15,757 bases of DNA from Tubiluchus corallicola (GCA_030141605.1 JAQGDQ010002077.1:1-15757), one strand, 5' to 3'. Shown: positions 1-8,649, numbered from the stretch's first letter. Numbers and translations: made by a program. The notes: generated by a model not told the origin, from the letters alone.

Positions 1-1492
1 TAGCCGGAAGCGGAAGTTGCGTATTCCCTGGGACGAAGTCACGTGCAGAAATATTTAAAGTTTGTTCTACCTGGGGTGATTTAAATGCGGCATGGAAGAA
101 CGGCGTAGTTTGTTTAACGCTAGGTTCTAAACCTTCACTGGGAGAATTTTCGAAGAAGGGCTGTACATCAGATAAATAGATATCCCACCATCTACGAAGA
201 AAACCTGATTCATAGTCATCCGAAAAATTGACGTTTACATATTCAGTATAATCCCAGGGCTTCTTTCGGCCTAAAAAGTGCGCAACTTTAATCTTGCTAC
301 TGAACTGCTTCATTGCAGGAAGGTAACCGTAACGACCTTGGACGGCAGCATTATACACAAAAGGTAGGCGCTTGTCAAACTGTAAACTCCAGTTCGGAAA
401 GGCTAAATTTAATAACCCCTGATCACCGCCATCGAATGAACAGGCCTCAGTTTGTGATAGTGACATCAATCTACTGTAAGTTTCCAAATTAGGCTGAAAT
501 ACAAACATTCCAGAATTAAAACAATCAGGCCACCCCACATCTGGGGCAGCCGCAAGCTCATCATAATTGAATAACTCATCAATATTATCTAATACTAAAG
601 TATCAGCATCTAAGTAAACGCACTTTGTAAACTGTGTCATAGCCCAGCAGTGCAATTTCGAGAATGTTACATTTAGCTCTGGCCTACCTAGCAAATGCAA
701 GTTATCAAAATCACTACTCTTTAATAAATCAATCATTTGTACATAATCAAAAACATTACTAAGCTCTGCCATAACTCTGATAGAAACAGTATGGGTGACC
801 AAAATTGCTAGATGTCGAGTTGTACCAGTTCGACGCAAACTGTGTGCCAAGACAAGAGCTCCCTTAGCATAACTGTCGTTCGTTGCCATGGTGAGATAGG
901 CCTCCATAGACGTATGATGAACTGCAGGCTTGGTGTCTGATGACTGGGCTTTGGTGACGTCACGCACTCCTTGAAGCCAATCGGTAACCTTGTCCTTGGT
1001 TGACATGGGTTTCCTAGCTAAAGTCTCGTCTTTGATTTCAGGCGAGGTGACGGTTGTACGCGACTTCTGACTGGTTGCACTGCTATGTGGAGTAACTTCA
1101 CTCTCAAGTCTTAACTGTTTTAACTTCATTGCTTTTAATTTCAGCTCCTGTTCCTGAATCTTAATCTCATGCAACTTTAATTCCCTGGCACTTTTCTTCG
1201 ACCGTCTCGTAGATTTCGAATGACTAGCACCTGAAGATGCTTTGGAAGGGCTGCGCTCGCCAACTTGATGCTGCGCTGTCGCTGTAGCTGCGTCAGCATA
1301 CGACGACGTACCAGACGCTTCACATGACGTCACATTATATGAATGATCTGGTTTCTGCTGACTTGCTAAGAGTCTGTGAATTAGCTCTTCTTTACTACCA
1401 GAAACTGACAGTTGTTTGGCCCGCAGCATTTCTCGCAGCTGATCACGGGTCGTATTTTTTAATTTCTCCCTTGTTGTTTGGTCCGACATCAT
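1..1492 (-). CDS. SAP-domain / coiled-coil / glycogenin (GT8) fusion ORF, 3'-partial; probable retrotransposon gag-like ORF carrying a glycogenin domain
   Basis: Manual translation from ATG at 1492 (in-frame TAA immediately upstream) is open with no stop to the window edge. It reads MMSDQTTREKLKNTTRDQLREMLRAKQLSVSGSKEELIHRLL...SKASSGASHSKSTRRSKKSARELKLHEIKIQEQELKLKAMKLKQLRLESE...KDKVTDWLQG...MEAYLTMATNDSYAKGALVLAHSL...QTLNISARDFVPGNTQLPLPA. There are no introns. Confidence 0.93.
   Translation of the reverse strand, partial: MMSDQTTREKLKNTTRDQLREMLRAKQLSVSGSKEELIHRLLASQQKPDHSYNVTSCEASGTSSYADAATATAQHQVGERSPSKASSGASHSKSTRRSKKSARELKLHEIKIQEQELKLKAMKLKQLRLESEVTPHSSATSQKSRTTVTSPEIKDETLARKPMSTKDKVTDWLQGVRDVTKAQSSDTKPAVHHTSMEAYLTMATNDSYAKGALVLAHSLRRTGTTRHLAILVTHTVSIRVMAELSNVFDYVQMIDLLKSSDFDNLHLLGRPELNVTFSKLHCWAMTQFTKCVYLDADTLVLDNIDELFNYDELAAAPDVGWPDCFNSGMFVFQPNLETYSRLMSLSQTEACSFDGGDQGLLNLAFPNWSLQFDKRLPFVYNAAVQGRYGYLPAMKQFSSKIKVAHFLGRKKPWDYTEYVNVNFSDDYESGFLRRWWDIYLSDVQPFFENSPSEGLEPSVKQTTPFFHAAFKSPQVEQTLNISARDFVPGNTQLPLPA
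158..907 (-). other. GYG: Glycogenin catalytic domain (glycosyltransferase family 8) within the fusion ORF
   Basis: Collinear glycogenin motifs: AYLTMATNDSYAKGALVLAHSL, RPELNVTFSKLHCW, KCVYLDADTLVLDNIDELF (DxD at 610-602), AAPDVGWPDCFNSGMFVFQP, SFDGGDQGLLN, LPFVYNAAVQGRYGYLPA (acceptor-Tyr equivalent at 331-329), HFLGRKKPW and FLRRWWDIY. These match the known animal glycogenin-1 sequence motif for motif. Confidence 0.96.
1367..1462 (-). other. SAP (helix-extension-helix) nucleic-acid-binding domain at the N-terminus of the fusion ORF
   Basis: LKNTTRDQLREMLRAKQLSVSGSKEELIHRLL fits the SAP consensus Lxx(L/T)xxxLrxxLrxrgLxxsGxKxeLixRL. Confidence 0.85.
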
Positions 1493-1655
1493 TTAGGTGT
1501 GTTCAACTTTAAACATGACCAAATAACTTCTCCTGTCTACAAAAGTCAATCTATGTACGCGAAACAGTAGCTAAACCGGAAGTAGGTCACAATCTGGGTC
1601 ATATGTTGACTGTATAAAAATGTCCACTCTGGATTGTCGAATGCCGATATAAAAT

Positions 1656-1944
1656 TGTTTGGGCTTTACGGAGACAAACAAACAAAGTCATCATTTGCAC
1701 AGTGTAACTGTTTATTGTTTGTACTATTTTCATGGCACATGCCCCGTAGTCATATTTGCTTCATCCCAAAATATTACATTTTATATCGTTGGCATTAATC
1801 ATGAGTTCACACAGCCACGTCACCACATGTACACCTTGAAACCTAAATGCCCGGAAACTCTGTAGGAAGCGACTATTGAGGCCAGGTGTCGCCACTTGTA
1901 ACTTATAGCTATACTAAATTTGACAAACAAAATCCTTGACAACA
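1656..1944 (-). mobile_element. Candidate 5' LTR of the glycogenin-carrying element
   Basis: On the minus strand it begins TGTTGTCAAGG (1944) and ends CCCAAACA (1656), giving TGTT...AACA termini. It has a TATAAAA at ~1785-1779 and an AATAAA at 1716-1711, and lies 164 nt upstream of the ORF start. The outer edge coincides with the point where similarity of the neighbouring repeat to 11745 onward begins. No second LTR is in the window and no canonical TGG primer-binding site was seen. Confidence 0.55.
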
Positions 1945-2488
1945 TATTTGCACAGAAAAGTGTTTATTAACTACAGACACATGAGTAGAATGACTGCTGC
2001 ACTGAACACTGAGAATGAGAGTGTCCTGCACTGAACACTGAGAGTTAGACAGTGACTAGAAAGTGAAACCAGTCAGTATATATAGGTATAGGTGACCTAT
2101 GCAGACTTGCAAAGGCTTCACAAAAACCATTACTTTAAAACAGGGAGAGAACCAGTGAATATGCATTCACTGGACTATACAATTATACTGGGGGTAAGTT
2201 AGCTGGTGGAATGCAACAGGATTAGTTCATAGATTCAGAGTTTATTCAGAGAGAGTTTATTCATTTTCCACATTGCATCTTACAATTAGCATTAAAATAC
2301 AGATAATTTTCCATTTGAGTAAATATAAATATAAATATGAATAAATGCAGTATTATCAAGAAATTACAGAATGCGGGATATACATGTGCAAATTTCATTA
2401 CAGAATTACTTTTTGATGAATGTACAAGATGTTAGATGAATGTTAGATGGCAGCACCTAATTAAAAATGTACAATTCCAACTTCCACA
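1945..2488 (-). mobile_element. Interrupted copy of an older LTR family (same family as 11667-12114)
   Basis: Long collinear matches to 11745-12111, e.g. tatttgcaca..gaaaagtgtttatta, gtagaatgactgctgcactgaacactgagaa, gagttagacagtgactagaaagt, ccagtcagtatatataggtataggtga, gaatatgcattcactggac and agatggcagcacctaa. It lacks the ~78 bp matching 11667-11744 and carries a 209-bp insertion. Confidence 0.8.
2235..2443. mobile_element. 209-bp insertion inside the older LTR copy, possibly a 5'-truncated non-LTR retroelement tail in minus orientation
   Basis: Absent from the 11667-12114 copy (ttcatagat|ggcagc). Flanked by duplicated tagat (2230-2234 and 2444-2448). It begins with repeated gagtttattca, which reads as AATAAA plus a simple-repeat tail on the minus strand. 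Confidence 0.55.
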
Positions 2489-2827
2489 GATGTCAAAACT
2501 GGTTCATTTCTTGGTTGTTCATAAGTGCAAAACTGAACTCCTATGATTGCTGTTTGAAATTCTGTAATACCAATAGCCTTGCTCAGACAGATTCTATCAA
2601 TCTTTCATTATTGATGCCTCGAGTTTAGATTGTTATTTTTGAAATGTCAAAATTAAATCTTATTGTGATCGAAGAAAGCTCTTGAATGTGCCCGTAAAAT
2701 TGTAGAGTTGATATTAGTTCATTTTCAAATGCGAGTAAGAACATTCATGTTGCATGTGTTTAGTTAACAATTTTACCTGCATTTGTAAACAGATTTTAGA
2801 GATTTTATGCTAACTTAAATGTTTCAG

Positions 2828-2972
2828 ACATATTATATTAAAGAAAATCCCTTCAACTGGAATGAATCACTCGACGTGGATACTGCCGTAGCGAGTGTTA
2901 CTATCAGTGAACGTTCAAATCTAACCAACGCTACATTCGAAAAACCATTTGAAATTGTTCTCCAAGTTAAAG
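2828..2972 (+). CDS. Polycystin-1-like GAIN/GPS receptor, exon A (internal; gene continues upstream)
   Basis: Acceptor tttcag|ACA, donor AAAG|gtactt, phase 0 to 1. Encodes TYYIKENPFNWNESLDVDTAVASVTISERSNLTNATFEKPFEIVLQVK. The NPFxW...V.S....P..I pattern is typical of the PKD1-like GAIN region. Confidence 0.82.
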
Positions 2973-3163
2973 GTACTTGTAAGACACAGGTATTATTTAG
3001 TAAACCAGAAGCTAACACTACATTTAAAAACCATTTGAATTGTTCTCCAAGGTAAAGGTACTTGTAAGACACAGTTATTATTTGGTAAACCAGAAGCTAA
3101 CACTACGTTTAAAAACCATATGAAATTGTTCACCAAGTTAAAGGTACTTGTAAGACACAGGTA
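2927..3163 (+). repeat. Tandem repeat, ~85-87-bp unit, ~2.7 copies, spanning the exon A 3' end and its donor
   Basis: aac(g/a)ctac...aaaaaccatttgaaattgttctccaagttaaag|gtacttgtaagacacag recurs at 2927, 3014 and 3099 with a few substitutions and indels. Confidence 0.92.
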
Positions 3164-3292
3164 GACCTGTGACCGGATTTCGGAACTAGATTATCCTTAA
3201 ATCTAGAACAAGCTGTTAGAGAAAAGTACCAAACCAGAAATGGATTTGCTTTATAAATATTTAGTTTTCTCATTGTAATATCATTCCATTAG

Positions 3293-3441
3293 ACATAGAT
3301 GTGGCAAGTGTGGATACTCACGTACTGAGGACAACTGGAAACTTAACAGACAGAGAAATAACTTCGCAATCATTTGCTGTTAAAGCTAACTCACTTGTTC
3401 AACTGTTGTTTGATCAATTGCCAGTCGCTCTCATGCTAAAG
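3293..3441 (+). CDS. Polycystin-1-like receptor, exon B
   Basis: Acceptor ccattag|AC (an alternative same-phase AG lies at 3297-3298), donor AAG|gtaaag, phase 1 to 0, matching both neighbours. Encodes (D)IDVASVDTHVLRTTGNLTDREITSQSFAVKANSLVQLLFDQLPVALMLK. Confidence 0.78.
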
Positions 3442-4544
3442 GTAAAGAGCTATACTAACTCACTTGTTCAGCTGTTGTTTGATCAATTGCCAGTCGCTCT
3501 CATGCTAAAGGTAAAGAGCTATACTAACTCACTTGTTCAACTGTTGTTTGATCAATTGCCAGTCGCTCTCATGCTAAAGGTAAAGAGCTATACTAACTCA
3601 CTTGTTCAACTGTTGTTTGATCAATTGCCAGTCGCTCTCATGCTAAAGGTAAAGAGCTATACTAACTCACTTGTTCAACTGCTGTTTGATCAATTGCCAG
3701 TCGCTCTCATGCTAAAGGTAAAGAGCTATACTAACTCACTTGTTCAGCTGTTGTTTGATCAATTGCCAGTTGCTCTCATGCTAAAGGTAAAGAGCTATAC
3801 TAACTCACTTGTTCAACTGTTGTTTGATCAATTGCCAGTCGCTCTCATGCTAAAGGTAAAGAGCTATACTAACTCACTTGTTCAACTGTCGTTTGATCAA
3901 TTGCCAGTCGCTCTCATGCTAAAGGTAAAGAGCTATACTAACTCACTTGTTCAACTGTTGTTTGATCAATTGCCAGTCGCTCTCATGCTAAAGGTAAGTT
4001 TTGTTTGTGTTTGTTTGTGTTTGTGGTGGTTTTTTGTTTGTGTTTTTGGTGTTTAAAGGTAAAGAGCTATACTAACTCACTTGTTCAACTGTGTTTGATC
4101 AATTGAGCGCTCTCATGCTAAAGGTAGAGCTATATAACTCACTTGTTCAACTGTTGTTTGATCTGCCAGTCGCTCTCATGCTAAAGGTAAAGAGCTATAC
4201 TAACTCACTTGTTCAACTGTTGTTTGATCAATTGCCAGTCGCTCTCATGCTAAAGGTAAAGAGCTATACTAACTCACTTGTTCAGCTGTTGTTTGATCAA
4301 TTGCCAGTCGCTCTCATGCTAAAGGTAAAGAGCTATACTAACTCACTTGTTCAACTGTTGTTTGATCAATTGCCAGTCGCTCTCATGCTAAAGGTAAAGA
4401 GCTATACTAACTCACTTGTTCAACTGTTGTTTGATCAATTGCCAGTCGCTCTCATGCTAAAGGTAAAGAGCTATACTAACTCACTTGTTCAACTGTTGTT
4501 TGATCAATTGCCAGTTGCTCTCTTGCTAAAGGTAAAGTGCTATA
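3386..4544 (+). repeat. 69-bp tandem array (~16 copies) made of the exon B 3' end, its donor and 13 nt of intron
   Basis: Unit ctaactcacttgttcaactgttgtttgatcaattgccagtcgctctcatgctaaag|gtaaagagctata. About 9 copies, then a GT-rich interruption (3998-4053), then about 7 copies. Confidence 0.97.
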
Positions 4545-5011
4545 AGCATATTCACAGTTTCAGTGACTAACGATTTATCGGGGAAAGGTTAGAGGTTAAG
4601 TGTACCAGACAACGCATTGATGTACACTTCACAACTCCTCACAGCCCATGCTATTGTAATAGTAACTGTTTTAACAACTAGCTAGAACCTTACCTAGTCC
4701 ATTTTTTGTTGTTCTCAAGCAAGATCCTGCTAGTAAATCACTCTGCGCACAGACTAATGCATAGTTAAATAAAGTCCACGTAAAACAACTGAAGTTATTG
4801 AACTGAAGCAGCAGACGGCATTGCTTTTCCCACATGCCACGTGCCGGTTGTAGTCGAGACGCGTTGCTGTAGTACACTTAACCTTTGACATGTAACAGCT
4901 GTGCTTGCGTATTATGAAACTGTGAAAAGTTATTTACTGGCAACTTTCTTTATAGGTGATTATTGATAGGGAAGTAATTGAAATATATATATATGTACAG
5001 ATATATATATT

Positions 5012-5281
5012 TTGTCTTAACCCTTTGACATTCACAGTGCTTGAGGAAATTGAGAATGTTGGCTTGTTTCATCATCAATCAACATCATCATCATCATCAT
5101 CACCATCATCATCATCATCGTCATCATCACCATCATCATCATCATCAACAACATATTAATCATCATCGTCGTCATCATCATCATCATCATCATCATCATA
5201 TTCATTATTTTTATTGTCTTAACCCTTGACATTCACAGTGCTTGAGGAAATTGAGAATGTTGGCTTGTTTCATCATCAATC

Positions 5282-5313
<32 letters not shown>

Positions 5314-5403
5314 CATCATCACTATTACTATTGTCGTAACCCTTTGACACTCACAGTGCTTATGAAATTAAGAATGTTCTCTTGTTTCATCATCAATCAA
5401 CAT
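5012..5403 (+). repeat. Compound repeat: three copies of a ~70-bp unit separated by (CAT)n tracts
   Basis: ttgtc(t/g)taaccctttgaca(t/c)tcacagtgctt...gaatgtt..cttgtttcatcatcaatca occurs at 5012, 5214 and 5331, with imperfect CAT microsatellites between. Confidence 0.92.
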
Positions 5404-5560
5404 TGAATTCACAGAGAAATATCATTTTAGCAGGTTTATATCCAGGTTTAACATAAGAGAATAAGTGACCAGTGATAATAAGTACTAAGTAGGCCTAAAT
5501 ACAAACCAAACCCTACATTACAAATACAGTAATTAGAAAACATGTCAATATTATTTCTAG

Positions 5561-6452
5561 GCCGTTTTCAAAAAAAGTGGTCGGCCAACCGTTGACGATT
5601 TTAATGCAGATGCAAAAAATGTGCACAAAATTGGACTTATACAAGGCAACCAATCAGATGGTTTAACAGCCACTAACATCTTGAGCATCTACAATAGGGG
5701 AAATCTTGCTGTTAGATACCACGTTGGTATAATGTTTCACTCTTACCACGTTCCAACGTGTTACAAAGCTTGCCAAGACGACGTTGCGAACTGTACAAAA
5801 GAGTATGAAAAAAACTGCGGTCACACTAACACAGAAAAAGAATCGTGTGAACGCAATAAAACCAGCGTCTGCAACGTGCGCAACTGCATGCAAGAACAAC
5901 TCTGTTATCAATCCTGGATGGACCAGTGTAAGAATGTAGCATCGGACTGTCGCAAACAGACCAGACCATGTTACAACCTGCTGGAAAGATGTAATAATTA
6001 CGACCACAATTGCCAGATCTCTTGTCTAGGAGAACGCGCATGCGTGGACAACTGCTTAGAAAAGTATATTGTGTGTATTAGTGAAAGTGACGTCATTTGT
6101 AAGCCGGCTAAGGAGTGCATCAAAAACTCGGACATTGGTTGTACAGATGCGATGGCTATTTTGACCGAACAAACATGTAAACACTTGTACATTGACTGCA
6201 GCCGACATCATACCCAAGACTGTGAGATGGGCTATTTGTCTTGTAAAAAGTCGTGTCCCAAGTCTACTGAGGTTGAATGCTTGTCAGTTTGCCAGCAGAA
6301 GTTAACTTCCTGTACATCTACAATACCTGAGCAGTGTAAAAATAGAACTTTGCTGTTGAATTTTGATTGTGGTGACGTTAACCCCACCTGGCAAAACGTT
6401 TCAGAGGAAAAGGAAATACGTGATGAGGAGACGGAAACTCAAATGTCTTCAG
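5561..6452 (+). CDS. Polycystin-1-like receptor, exon C (GAIN-region strands plus Cys-rich module)
   Basis: Acceptor atttctag|GCC, donor TCAG|gtacgc, phase 0 to 1, 892 nt open (overlaps track ORF 5621-6499). Begins AVFKKSGRPTVDDFN (PTxxD[FY] motif) and includes VRYHVGIM, followed by 30 Cys in ~205 aa. Confidence 0.88.
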
Positions 6453-6542
6453 GTACGCAAGTGTCCATATTATGTCATGTCATAATCCCTATCATTTAGG
6501 TTTCTTGTATAAGTATATTGCGTTGTAATATACTACATTTTA

Positions 6543-7068
6543 CTGTATTGTGTTGTGTTGTGTTGTGTTGGATTGGATTGGATTGGATTGGATTGTGTTG
6601 AGTTGTGTTGTGTTGTGTTGTGTTGTGTTGTGTTGTGTTGTGTTGTGTTGTGTTGTGTTGTGTTGTGTTGTGTTGTGTTGTGTTATGTTATGTTTGTTAT
6701 GTTGTTTGTTTGTTTGTTTGTTGTTTGTTTGTTTGTTATGTTATGTTTGTTTGTTGGGTTGGGTTGGGTTGGTTGTGTTGTGTGTTGTGTTGTGTTGTAT
6801 TGTATTGTATTGTATTGTATTGTATTGTATTGTATTGTATTGTATTGTATTGTATTGTATTGTATTGTATTGTATTGTATTGTATTGTATTGTATTGTAT
6901 TGTATTGTATTGTTTTGTATTGTAGTGTATTGTAGTGTAGTGTAGTGTAGTGTAGTGTAGTGTAGTGTAGTGTAGTGTAGTGTAGTGTAGTGTAGTGTAG
7001 TGTAGTGTAGTGTATTGTATTGTATTGTATTGTATTGTATTGTATTGTATTGTATTGTATTGTATTGT
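6543..7068. repeat. Compound pentanucleotide microsatellite (TGTGT / TGGAT / TGTAT / TGTAG, with TTTG patches)
   Basis: Directly visible. It accounts for track ORFs 6550-6945, 6555-6935, 6605-6925 and 6741-7118. Confidence 0.98.
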
Positions 7069-7341
7069 AACAGTGTACTATACTTTCTTAGGAAACCTCG
7101 CTGAGTTTCTTTTAACAATTTTATAATTGTGGTTTGAAGAAACCAAAAAACTTGAAATTTAGTTTTAAGATTTTATTCTCAAGTGTCTACATAAACAGTG
7201 AAGTAGTGTCATGTTGAAAAGCAGAAAACCAAGTGACCAAAAGTACAGGTGAAATCATTTAGGTGTGAAAACAGATTTAGAGATTATGCATTCATAAAGA
7301 CTGTAGAAGCCAATGAAAATTTAAACAGCAAAGAGATAGAT

Positions 7342-7588
7342 TTAACAATTTTAACAAGAACACCTGAAGGTGGCAGCACTATCCAAAACTCAAAAATGTA
7401 TGATGACAATACAACATAAATTTAAATTTAGAATTTCTTCTGTCCAGTTTCTACAATTATAGTATTTGTTAGTGGGCCATTTCTTGTGGAACACCCCGTA
7501 CTTAACATTTACAAGAACACCTGAAGGTGGTAGCACTATCCGAAACTAAAAAAGTATGATGACAATACAACATAAATTTAAATTTAGA
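7342..7588 (+). repeat. Direct repeat pair of ~85-90 bp (7342-7432 and 7502-7588)
   Basis: acaagaacacctgaaggtgg(c/t)agcactatcc(a/g)aaact...gtatgatgacaatacaacataaatttaaatttaga occurs twice, separated by ~70 bp. Confidence 0.9.
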
Positions 7589-7909
7589 GTAATTAAAATG
7601 ATTTTCCTTTGTCAAATTGTTTTTTTCATTTTTGCATGTTGAACGACCCATAAAGTGAAAAATAATATAGAGGCCTACTTATGCGCAAAATGAAAAATTC
7701 CTAAAGAGCATCATTAGATCGTTTTAAAAGCAGAGATTTCTGACCTGCTTTGACATCTCTTCTACCATCGAAAGCGAGATGTCAGCATTAATGCAGGAAG
7801 TTGAGCAATTCAGTCCCAAATTATTTTTTAATAAGGAAAAATTTTTGGCTTGGTACTTTGTTTACACATAATAATTTTTTTTCTACCTGTGCTCGCGCGC
7901 TAAATATAG

Positions 7910-8246
7910 CCTGTATCCCACGGGATACATTAGGATTCAATAGAAGCATAAAATGTGCTTCATTTTGCAAATGCTGATAATTTTTTAAAGTATTTAAGAC
8001 ATTTAGTATGCATGCTATACTAATCTGTACAATGTCGTATCTAAAGTACTGTACCTTGCACAGTTTTTTATGCTATGTAGAATTTCTAGTTTGCCATTTT
8101 ATCACCATTTTTTAGTCTATTGTTATTGGCTTAAATCAAAATAACTATTAACAGATCAAATAACTGTCAGTCTTAAAATTTTATTAATTTTAAAGGCAGA
8201 AAGCATTCTCGTATCCCACGGGATACAACGGGTATGAAAGGGTTAA
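7910..8246. mobile_element. Probable right end of a piggyBac-like non-autonomous element (left boundary not determined)
   Basis: Ends ...ggtatgaaaggg|ttaa, i.e. a CCC terminus plus TTAA. The subterminal near-palindrome gtatcccacgggatac occurs at ~7914 and ~8211. No matching left terminus was found. Confidence 0.45.
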
Positions 8247-8359
8247 CAGCTAGCAGTAATTTATTCATCCAGTAATTTGGTCTACCTTTGCAAATATGCA
8301 GAAGTTGTTTAAGTTTCACTGATCGTTGCTGTGGTAAAATATTTCGTGTCCATTTGTAG

Positions 8360-8507
8360 AAAACGTGGTTTATTATCTTGCCATGCAAACAGCTGACGTA
8401 AAGAACGCAGGAACAAGTGCAAGCGTCTCTGTCCAGATTCATGGTAGTCATGGTGATTCAGATGAGATGCTACTATACAGTAACCTTGCAAGTTTTGCTC
8501 GCCAAAA
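8360..8507 (+). CDS. Polycystin-1-like receptor, exon D (PLAT/LH2 domain, N-terminal part)
   Basis: Acceptor tttgtag|AA, donor AA|gtaaga, phase 1 to 2. Encodes (E)NVVYYLAMQTADVKNAGTSASVSVQIHGSHGDSDEMLLYSNLASFARQ(K), the PLAT signature YxxxxxTxxxxxAGTxAxVxxxxxGxxG. Confidence 0.9.
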
Positions 8508-8649
8508 GTAAGATAATTATTCTTAAGCCACGCTTTCCTATTCAGTAAATTAATATGCTCTTGTATGAAATATACTGAAACATATTAAAACATAAATGTT
8601 GTTGTGTCACATGAAAACTCAATCTAGTGATTTTATACAATAGGTATAC

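Noticed and set aside
1324-1865. Track ORFs 1324-1512 and 1659-1865 (+)
   Set aside because: They are short antisense shadows of the SAP-coding region and the candidate LTR, with no recognisable motifs.
1882-1902. Minus-strand GTTACA-AG-TGGCGACACCTGG as an LTR end plus primer-binding site
   Set aside because: I could not match it to a tRNA 3' end beyond TGGCGAC. The junction at 1944 and the AATAAA position place it inside the candidate LTR.
3998-4170. GT-rich interruption and indel-rich units within the 69-bp array as a biological insertion
   Set aside because: Low-complexity sequence about one unit long next to error-like indels, in an otherwise homogeneous array, looks like a poor consensus. 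It cannot be trusted without reads.
3301-4570. Track ORFs 3301-4056 and 4091-4570 as stand-alone repeat proteins
   Set aside because: They are exon B read through into the 69-bp array. Only 3293-3441 is needed for the phase-consistent gene model.
4956-5232. Poly-His, poly-Ser and poly-Met ORFs
   Set aside because: These are translations of the (CAT)n microsatellite.
5357-5433. Possible exon after the acceptor-like tcacag (AYEIKNVLLFHHQSTLNSQRNIILA)
   Set aside because: It is 77 nt with a weak donor, and its open frame is incompatible with the phase-0 join of exons B and C, which already read as continuous sequence.
6550-7118. Cys/Val/Leu-rich and YNTIQ-repeat ORFs
   Set aside because: These are translations of the pentanucleotide microsatellite.
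5017-8246. A single piggyBac element from ttaaccctttg (5017) to aaagggttaa (8246) carrying exon C
   Set aside because: The match is only ~10 bp and the subterminal palindromes are absent at the left site. Exon C also fits the host gene phases without invoking capture.
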